This document shows positions 17,339 through 23,957 of a stretch of DNA of 54,767 nt, piece by piece. Below the pieces are notes generated by a model, which was not told the origin of the DNA, searched no databases, and saw nothing but the letters and a program-made list of their open reading frames with translations. The position numbers and the translations under genes are program-made. This stretch comes from Planctomycetota bacterium (GTDB lineage Bacteria; Planctomycetota; UBA1135). Each line of letters starts with the position of its first letter. The stretch's first letter is position 1. The stretch spans positions 1 through 54,767 of the forward strand of contig DASWJW010000235.1 in assembly GCA_036396955.1 (NCBI GenBank). Direction: 5' to 3'.

Positions 17339-17869
17339 CTACCAACCGTAGTTGCCCTTCCAGGGCGGCGGGTACTCGAGCTCGACCTTGGGACGCGGCA
17401 CGGCGGCGACGGCCCAGCACTCGGCCGCGCGCATCTCGACGCCGTATTCGCTACCGAGCGAGCCGACGTCCTTGCGCATTCCGCCGGGACACACCAAGGG
17501 ACTCCACAAGCGCACCTGCCGGACTCCGGGAGCGGCGATCGCGCGCAGACAATCGCTCCAATCCGCATCCGCGAGCCGCAGTGCCCCCGGATCCGCTTCG
17601 GCGGCGTCGAGGAGCCACATTTCCGCGCGCTCTTCGCGTTCGGGCCCCAAGGCCTCGCGCACCAGGGCGCCGAATTGGCGGTGCGGGAGACGGCGCCCGG
17701 TGCGGGCAGCCACGTGGACCTGGACGACTCCGCCGGGGCGCATCTCGACCTGCAGTTCCAGGCGTCCATGGCCGAGCCGGTCGAGCCGCCGGCCCCAGGA
17801 CCGCCGCACCGCTTCGAGGGGCCGGTCCAGGTATAGCGCTCCAAGCCGAATCACCATGATTCGGAGCAT
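17339..17869 (-). CDS. hypothetical protein
   Basis: ORF from MLRIMVIRLGALYLD. No family recognised. Coding status rests on ORF length, composition and position downstream of a structured leader. Confidence 0.45.
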   Translation of the reverse strand: MLRIMVIRLGALYLDRPLEAVRRSWGRRLDRLGHGRLELQVEMRPGGVVQVHVAARTGRRLPHRQFGALVREALGPEREERAEMWLLDAAEADPGALRLADADWSDCLRAIAAPGVRQVRLWSPLVCPGGMRKDVGSLGSEYGVEMRAAECWAVAAVPRPKVELEYPPPWKGNYGW

Positions 17870-18164
17870 AGCCGTGCCGGTCGGAACAAGAAGCGGAGAG
17901 CGGAGGCCAGGGCCGACCTCCACTCCCCTGGTTTCGATATGCAATTCGCGGTCGTTATTCCGGCTCGGGCATACCTTCCTGCCGAAGCAGGCCCCCTGGA
18001 ACAGGGCTGCGATGGAAACCCTTGGCAAAGCCTCAATAAGCCAAGAAGAGGGAAACCCGCCGACATCGAACGACCTTTTCCGGAAATTCGTCCCGCTTAC
18101 CGAAATTCCGGCGAGATGCGGGTCCAGGCCTCCCAGAAAGCCTCGTCCGCTCGCGGCGAGCCGC
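17870..18164 (-). other. GC-poor, hairpin-rich 295-nt spacer: candidate structured leader or small RNA ending in a terminator-like hairpin (17895..17928)
   Basis: Visibly lower GC than the flanks. Contains a 12-bp stem whose two G-U pairs exist only on the minus-strand transcript, a C(UUCG)G tetraloop hairpin (17978..17991) and a 10/11-bp hairpin (18080..18111). Confidence 0.3.
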
Positions 18165-18941
18165 TCAGGATTCGCGGCGGTGGATGCGCGTCGGGCTCGC
18201 CTGGTCGCTCGGCAGGAGCAGGAGCTCCGCGGCGTTGACGTGCGCCGGCCGCGAGGCGGTCCAGACGACCCCTGCGGCAACGTCCGCCCCGCTTAGCGGC
18301 GTCATTCCCCGGTAGGTCCCCTCCGCCCGCTCCTGGTCGCCGTGGAATCGCACCGTGCTGAACTCGGTGTTCACCAGGCCGGGATCGACGGTGCTCACGC
18401 GCACGCCCGTGCCGCACAGATCGAGGCGCAGCGCGCGGGTCAGGCCGAGCACCGCGTACTTGCTCGCGCAGTAGACGTTGCCGCCGGGATAGACCTCGTG
18501 GCCGGCGATCGAGCCGATCTGGATGACGTGGCCGCTGCCGCGTTCGACCATTCCGGGCACCACGGCGCGAGTCACGTAGAGCAGGCCCTTGACGTTGGTG
18601 TCGATCATCTCGTCCCAGTCGGCGATCGAGCCTTGGTGCAGCGGCTCCATGCCACGCGAAAGACCGGCGTTGTTGACCAGCACGTCGATGCCGCGCAACG
18701 CCGCGGGGACCGCTGCGATCGCAGTGGCGACCGCGGCCTGATCGCGCACATCGAGCACGAACGCGTGGACGCGCGTGCCGTGCGCGGCTTCGAGTCGCTC
18801 CGCAAGCGCCCGCAGCCGCCCTTCGCGGCGACCGCAGACCAGCAGCTGGCAGCCTTCGGCCGCGAAGGCCTCGGCGCACGCTGCGCCGATTCCGCTGGTC
18901 GCTCCAGTGACCAGGACAATGCGTCCGTGCAATTCCGTCAT
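18165..18941 (-). CDS. SDR family NAD(P)-dependent oxidoreductase (YdfG-like)
   Basis: TGATSGIG cofactor motif, NNAG, and catalytic YCASKYAV. Confidence 0.9.
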   Translation of the reverse strand: MTELHGRIVLVTGATSGIGAACAEAFAAEGCQLLVCGRREGRLRALAERLEAAHGTRVHAFVLDVRDQAAVATAIAAVPAALRGIDVLVNNAGLSRGMEPLHQGSIADWDEMIDTNVKGLLYVTRAVVPGMVERGSGHVIQIGSIAGHEVYPGGNVYCASKYAVLGLTRALRLDLCGTGVRVSTVDPGLVNTEFSTVRFHGDQERAEGTYRGMTPLSGADVAAGVVWTASRPAHVNAAELLLLPSDQASPTRIHRRES

Positions 18942-18945
18942 GCCG

Positions 18946-20712
18946 TCAGTAGTCGAGCGCCTTGGAGTCGCGCTTGTCGCGCAACAAGGTCAGGAATTCC
19001 TCGATCGTGAGGCTCTGCTGCTCCTTGACTCCGTGCACGCGCAGGTTGACGCGGCCTTCTTCGACCTCGCGGCCGCCGAGAACGGCCATGTAGGGGATCT
19101 TTTCGACTTCGGATTCGCGCACGCGCTTGCGCAGCGGACCGTCGGTCTTGAGCTCGCAGCGGAAGCCCCCGCGACGGATCCTTTCGGCGAACTCGGCGGC
19201 GGCCGGCTCCTGTTCCGCGCTGATCGGCAGGACGGATACCGGGCTGGGATGCAGCCACACCGGCCACCAGCCCGCGAAGTGTTCGATCAGTCCGCCGACG
19301 AAACGCTCGAAACTGCCGAAGATCGCGCGGTGCACCATCACCGGCCGCTTGAGCTCGTTGCCGGTGTCGTTGTACTTGATGTCGAAGCGCTCGGGCAGGT
19401 TGAAATCGACCTGCACCGTAGGACCCTGCCACTCGCGGCCCAGGGCGTCCTTCATCTTGAAGTCGATCTTCGGGCCGTAGAAGACGCCCCCGCCCGGATC
19501 GTCCTCGAGCACGAGTTCGCGCTGCGCCGCCGCGGCCTTGAGCGCGTCCATGGCGTGTCCCCAGACTTCGTCGGTGCCGAGCGACTTCTCGGGACGGGTT
19601 GCGAGGTACGCGGTGTAGTCGTAGCCGAAGGTTTTGAGGATGGTGTGCACCAATTCGAGCACGCCGACGATCTCGTCCTCGAGCTGGCCCGGTGTGCAGA
19701 AAATGTGCGCGTCGTCCTGGGTGAAGCCGCGCACCCGCAGCATGCCGTGCAGCGTGCCGCTGGGTTCGTAGCGGTACACCGTGCCCAATTCGGCGAAGCG
19801 GCGCGGCAAGTCGCGAAAGCTGTGCCGCTTGGAGTTGAAGATGGTCACGTGACCCGGGCAATTCATCGGCTTGACCCGGTGCGGATGCTCGTCGACCTGC
19901 ATCGGCGCCCAAATCATGTCGGCGTAGTTCTCGAGGTGCCCTGAGCGCTCGAAAACGGCCTCCCCAGCGACGTGGGGCGTGAAGACCGGCCAGTAGCCGG
20001 CCTCTTCGTGCAGCTCCCACCACCAGGTTTCGAGGCGCCGGCGCACATGGCCGAGCTTGGGATGCCAGAACACCAGTCCCGCGCCGAATTCGGGGTGCAG
20101 GCTGAAGAGGTCGAGTTCGCGGCCCAGGCGCCGGTGATCGCGCGCCTGCACCTGCTCGAGGTACTCGAGGTACTTCTTGAGGTCCTTGCGGTTCCACCAC
20201 GCGGTGCCGTAGATCCGCTGCAGCATCGGCCGCTTGGAATCGCCGCGCCAGTACGCGCCGGCGACGTGCGTGAGCTTGAAGCCGTCTTTCGGGATCTGCT
20301 GCGCGGTTTCGACGTGGCCGCCGGCGCCCGCGCACAAGTCCTCCCAGGTGCCGTGGCTGTAGAAGCTGACCTCGGCGGCATCCGGCAGGTCGTTCACCAT
20401 TTCGACCTTGTAGGGCTGGCCGAGGGCTTCGAGTTCGGCGATGGCCGCTTGCCGCGGCGCGACCCGCTTGGTGAACTCGCCGGCCTCGGCGAGCACCTTG
20501 CGCATCTCTTCCTCGATGCGCGGCAGGTCTTCGTCGGTCAGCGGCGCCGGCAGATCGAAGTCGTAGTAGAAGCCGTTGTCGATCGCCGGACCGATGGCGA
20601 CCTTGGCTTCGGGAATGATCCGCAACACGGCGTCGGCCATGATGTGGCTGAGGCTGTGCCGCAAGGCGGAGAGGGCCACGGGGCCCTGCTGGGGTTCGAA
20701 GGGAAGGCTCAT
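18946..20712 (-). CDS. thrS: threonine--tRNA ligase (lacks the N-terminal TGS domain)
   Basis: Editing-domain HSLSH motif near the N-terminus, class II core (HRRLGRELDLF, FRDLPRRFAELGTVYRYE) and a C-terminal anticodon-binding domain. Confidence 0.95.
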   Translation of the reverse strand: MSLPFEPQQGPVALSALRHSLSHIMADAVLRIIPEAKVAIGPAIDNGFYYDFDLPAPLTDEDLPRIEEEMRKVLAEAGEFTKRVAPRQAAIAELEALGQPYKVEMVNDLPDAAEVSFYSHGTWEDLCAGAGGHVETAQQIPKDGFKLTHVAGAYWRGDSKRPMLQRIYGTAWWNRKDLKKYLEYLEQVQARDHRRLGRELDLFSLHPEFGAGLVFWHPKLGHVRRRLETWWWELHEEAGYWPVFTPHVAGEAVFERSGHLENYADMIWAPMQVDEHPHRVKPMNCPGHVTIFNSKRHSFRDLPRRFAELGTVYRYEPSGTLHGMLRVRGFTQDDAHIFCTPGQLEDEIVGVLELVHTILKTFGYDYTAYLATRPEKSLGTDEVWGHAMDALKAAAAQRELVLEDDPGGGVFYGPKIDFKMKDALGREWQGPTVQVDFNLPERFDIKYNDTGNELKRPVMVHRAIFGSFERFVGGLIEHFAGWWPVWLHPSPVSVLPISAEQEPAAAEFAERIRRGGFRCELKTDGPLRKRVRESEVEKIPYMAVLGGREVEEGRVNLRVHGVKEQQSLTIEEFLTLLRDKRDSKALDY

Positions 20713-20812
20713 TGCGCCCCGGAAGCTGCTCGAAGGCCGTTCTGGGAGGCGGATTCTAGCCCTGGCCGCCCCGCAGCTCGCCGGGTCGGATCCAGGAGAA
20801 TTCCAAGATTTC

Positions 20813-20828
20813 GACTACCCAGGTAGTC
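20813..20828. promoter_or_regulatory. perfect dyad GACTACC-CA-GGTAGTC, candidate operator of the BlaI-family repressor
   Basis: 7-bp perfect inverted repeat located 22 nt upstream of the repressor ATG. An extra half-site GGTAGTAGT sits at 20836..20844. The TAC/GTA core is reminiscent of BlaI/MecI/CopY boxes. Confidence 0.5.
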
Positions 20829-20849
20829 CGACCGTGGTAGTAGTGGGAC

Positions 20850-21242
20850 ATGCCGAACGGCCGCCGCCACCAGCTCGGAGATCTGCAGCTCGCCATCATG
20901 CGCGTGCTCTGGGAGCGCGGCGAAGCCGGCGCCAGCGAGGTCCACCGCGTCCTCCACGACGAACGCGGGCTCGCACCGACCACCATTGCGACCATGCTCC
21001 GCAAGATGGAAGACAAGGGCGTGGTCGCGCACCGCGTCGACGGCCGCCAGTTCGTCTACCGCCCCACCGTCGAGGAGAACGCGGTGCGCGAAGGCATGGT
21101 CGGCGAATTGGTGCGGCGGCTGTTCGAGGGCGACCCCAATGCCTTGCTGAGCCATCTGGTCGAGGCCGAGCAGCTCGACCCCGACGAGCTCGAGCGCTTG
21201 CGCGTGCGCATCGCCGCGCGGCGTGCGGAGGAACGGCGATGA
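20850..21242 (+). CDS. BlaI/MecI/CopY family transcriptional repressor
   Basis: Winged-helix N-terminus (LGDLQLAIMRVLWERGEAGASEVHRVL...TTIATMLRKMEDKGVV) and a C-terminal dimerisation helix. 130 aa. Confidence 0.9.
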   Translation: MPNGRRHQLGDLQLAIMRVLWERGEAGASEVHRVLHDERGLAPTTIATMLRKMEDKGVVAHRVDGRQFVYRPTVEENAVREGMVGELVRRLFEGDPNALLSHLVEAEQLDPDELERLRVRIAARRAEERR

Positions 21243-22690
21243 GCGACCCGCACTGGATCGACTTCGTGGTCGCCTGGCTGTTCGCCCACCTTTTGCACGG
21301 CGCTGCCTGGACGCTGGCAGTGACCGCCGTCCTGCAATTGCGGCCCGGCGCGAGCGCGGCGTTTCGCGAAGGCTTGTGGAAGACCGCGCTTCTCGCCAGT
21401 CTGCTCGGCCCGACCTTGGCGCTCGCTCTCGACGCGCAGCCGCTCACCGGGCGGCTGATCTTGCCGATGAGCGCCGCAGGCCCCGTCGCAGCGGACGGCT
21501 CGCTCGAGACCGCAGCGGCTCCCGCTCAAGCCGGCGACCACGCCGACCGGCTGGCGATTCCGCCCGCCGACGGCGGTCCGACCGCCGGACTCGAAGCCAT
21601 GGGCGCACTCGATTCGCCGGTCGATCCGGAATCCAGCGCGCAGCTTCGGCGTACGGCCTTGGCCTGCCTCCTTGCCGGTCTCGGCGTCCTCGCCATCGCC
21701 GGCCTCGCGCGCACCGGGTTGGGGCAGCGCCGCATGTTGCGCGCCCTGGGCCGCCGCCGCCCTTGGAACGAGGCCCGCGCGCGCGCGCGGCTCGCCGCCA
21801 TGGCCGGAAACGAGCCGCGCCTGCGCCGGGTACGGCTCACGCTTGGCAGCGCCGTGCCGGTGCCGGTCGCGCTGGGCGTGTGGCGGCCCGAAATCTGCCT
21901 GCCCGAGCGCGCGGCGCGGCAACTCGGCGACGAAGAACTCGGTTGCGTGATCGCCCACGAACTCGCGCACTTGCGCCGCCGGGATCCGCACTGGAGACTT
22001 GCGCTCGAGGTGCTCGTCGGCACGCTGTGGTTCCAGCCGCTGCACCACCTGGCTCGGCGCGCGCTGCGCGAACTCGCCGAGCTGCGGTGCGACGCGTGGG
22101 CGGCCCGCCGCACCGGGAGCCGCACGGCCATGGCCGGTGCGCTCGCCGAGGTGGCCGGCTGGGTGCACGACCGCCCGGCACGGCGGCTGGCCGGAATGGC
22201 GAGCATGGCGGGTTCCCCCGCCGCCGTCGGCCGGCGCATCCGCTTGCTGCTCGACGACGAGCCTTGCGAGCGCGACGCGCGGCGCGGATCACCCTTGCTG
22301 CTCGCCGGCCTGTTGGCCGCGCCGTTCGTGCTGCCCGGCGTCCGCGCGCAAGCGCCCGGCCCGCCAGCGGCCGTGGTCGCGGTTGCCCCCTCCTCCGAAG
22401 CGGCCGCCGGCGCACCCCGGCTCGAGCTGGCCGCCGACGACCGGGACACCTTGCTCGGCGAGACTCTCGCGCTGCTCGACGTCGAACTCGCCGCGCTGAT
22501 CGCCGAGAGCGACGCCTACTCCGGGCAGCTGCTCACCGATCCGAATCCGATCCGGCTCGAGGAATTCGCCGACTTCCAGGCACGGCTGATCAAGCTCCTC
22601 GACCTGCGCCACCAGCTGGACGCCGTACGGCCGACGCCGTCCGCTGGCGCGCGCGCTCCTGCTTCCATCCAGAACCGAATCCAGAGATGA
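21239..22690 (+). CDS. BlaR1-like M56 family membrane metalloprotease / signal transducer (no penicillin-binding sensor domain)
   Basis: ATGA overlap with the repressor gene. Multiple TM helices and the HEXXH motif VIAHELAHLRRRD. The C-terminal ~120 aa are not PBP-like. Confidence 0.85.
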   Translation: MSDPHWIDFVVAWLFAHLLHGAAWTLAVTAVLQLRPGASAAFREGLWKTALLASLLGPTLALALDAQPLTGRLILPMSAAGPVAADGSLETAAAPAQAGDHADRLAIPPADGGPTAGLEAMGALDSPVDPESSAQLRRTALACLLAGLGVLAIAGLARTGLGQRRMLRALGRRRPWNEARARARLAAMAGNEPRLRRVRLTLGSAVPVPVALGVWRPEICLPERAARQLGDEELGCVIAHELAHLRRRDPHWRLALEVLVGTLWFQPLHHLARRALRELAELRCDAWAARRTGSRTAMAGALAEVAGWVHDRPARRLAGMASMAGSPAAVGRRIRLLLDDEPCERDARRGSPLLLAGLLAAPFVLPGVRAQAPGPPAAVVAVAPSSEAAAGAPRLELAADDRDTLLGETLALLDVELAALIAESDAYSGQLLTDPNPIRLEEFADFQARLIKLLDLRHQLDAVRPTPSAGARAPASIQNRIQR

Positions 22691-23910
22691 ATCGAACCAC
22701 ACTGCTTTCCCTCGGCGCCGGGCTGCTGCTCACAGCTCCGCTCGCGTCGGCCCAGCACCCCGCTCCCCCGCGCCCCGCCCAGGACACGCGGCCCGAGCGG
22801 CCGGCCGCCCTTCCGGACGTCCACCAGCATGCCGCCGAACTGGCGGCCAAGGCGGCGCAGCTCGCGCGCGAAGGGCGCTTGGAAGAAGCCGCCGAGCTGG
22901 CCTCGAAGGCCGCCGAACTCCTGCGCGCGCCGGCCCCCGCTCCGCGTCGCCACTTGGTCCGCGCGGGCGAAACCCTGCACTCGATCGCGCAGCGCTACTT
23001 CGACAGCCCCGAGGCCTGGAAGCTGCTTGCCGATGCGAACGGGATCGAACAGATCGACCGTTTGCGCGTCGGCCAGGAACTCCTGGTGCCGCTCGAGAAC
23101 GTGGCCAGCGCGCGCGGCCCGGCGCCGCCGGGTCCCGCCCCTGAGGGGAAGGAACTCGCGCGTGTGCGTGCGGCAACGGACGCCCACGCCGCGGCCATCG
23201 GCGACCTCCACGAGCACCTTGCCGCGGTGCGCGAACACCTCGGGAACCCGGAATTGCCGGCCGATCGCGCGGTCCTCGCGCAGAAGATCGCCGAATTGAG
23301 GGCCAGCCAGGATCGCCTGGCGGCCCAGCGGGCGGAGATCGAAACCATGCGCGCCCATCTCGACGCTCAGCGCGCCCATCTCGACGCTCAGCGCGCACAC
23401 CTGGACGCCCTGCGCGCGGCCGCGCCGCACGCCGAGGGCGACGATCCTTTCGGCGGAACGATCGGCATCGGCGGTGGATCCGGCGGCGCGTTCGGCGCAC
23501 CGCGACCGGCTCCTCATCCGTCGCCGCATCCCCTCGCCGCACCGGACGCACCGGACGCACCGGACGCGCCGGAGGCGCCCAAGCCGCCGCACCCGCCGCA
23601 TCCGCCGCTGGCGCCTTCGGTCCCGCCTGGACCTTCGGCACCGCATCCCCCGCATGCGCCCTTGGCGCCGCCGGCCGGCGGCGGGACGGACGACCTTCGC
23701 TCCACGTTCGGACGCGTGCACACTCTGCAGGATGTCTTTGACTCCCGTCGCCTTGAGGATCTGCGCGAACTCGGCTACGGCGCGACGCCCGACAAGGCGG
23801 ACGCCGACGCCGAACTGCACACTCTGCTGATGGAGATGCGCCGCGAAATCGCCGCCTTGCGCGCCAAACTCGACCGCATGCGCGCCGGTTCCAGCGGCAG
23901 CGTCCGCTGA
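22687..23910 (+). CDS. secreted LysM domain protein with coiled-coil and Pro/His-rich repeats
   Basis: ATGA overlap with the M56 gene. Signal peptide (LLLTAPLASAQ), one LysM domain (HLVRAGETLHSIAQRY...RVGQELLVP) and heptad-like repeats RAHLDAQ. Confidence 0.8.
   Translation: MNRTTLLSLGAGLLLTAPLASAQHPAPPRPAQDTRPERPAALPDVHQHAAELAAKAAQLAREGRLEEAAELASKAAELLRAPAPAPRRHLVRAGETLHSIAQRYFDSPEAWKLLADANGIEQIDRLRVGQELLVPLENVASARGPAPPGPAPEGKELARVRAATDAHAAAIGDLHEHLAAVREHLGNPELPADRAVLAQKIAELRASQDRLAAQRAEIETMRAHLDAQRAHLDAQRAHLDALRAAAPHAEGDDPFGGTIGIGGGSGGAFGAPRPAPHPSPHPLAAPDAPDAPDAPEAPKPPHPPHPPLAPSVPPGPSAPHPPHAPLAPPAGGGTDDLRSTFGRVHTLQDVFDSRRLEDLRELGYGATPDKADADAELHTLLMEMRREIAALRAKLDRMRAGSSGSVR
23350..23412 (+). 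repeat. 21-nt in-frame tandem repeat (2 perfect + 1 degenerate copy) encoding (RAHLDAQ)n
   Basis: cgcgcccatctcgacgctcag occurs at 23350..23370 and 23371..23391. A degenerate third unit lies at 23392..23412. Confidence 0.9.
23539..23574 (+). repeat. 9-nt in-frame tandem repeat (gcaccggac x3 + variant) encoding APDAPDAPDAPE
   Basis: Read directly from the sequence. Embedded in a Pro/His-rich low-complexity segment. Confidence 0.9.
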
Positions 23911-23921
23911 AGCACGCCAGC

Positions 23922-23949
23922 GGGTGCCGGTGCACGGGCGCCGGCACCC
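23922..23949. terminator. hairpin GGGTGCCGG-N10-CCGGCACCC between convergent genes
   Basis: 9-bp perfect stem in the 47-nt gap between the LysM gene stop and the RND gene stop. Pyrimidine-rich tract (TCTCTCCCCT) follows on the plus strand. Confidence 0.45.
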
Positions 23950-23957
23950 TCTCTCCC

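Noticed and set aside
17927-17938. tmRNA-like GGTTTCGA string, and a CTCCAC string nearby, in the GC-poor spacer.
   Set aside because: No GGGG 5' end, no tag ORF, no T-arm/CCA 3' end, and the spacer is shorter than a tmRNA. The resemblance is limited to a few bases.
23350-23412. Tandem repeats considered as a possible mini CRISPR-like array.
   Set aside because: The units are contiguous with no spacers, only 21 nt long, in frame within a CDS and encode heptad repeats. No cas genes are in the window.
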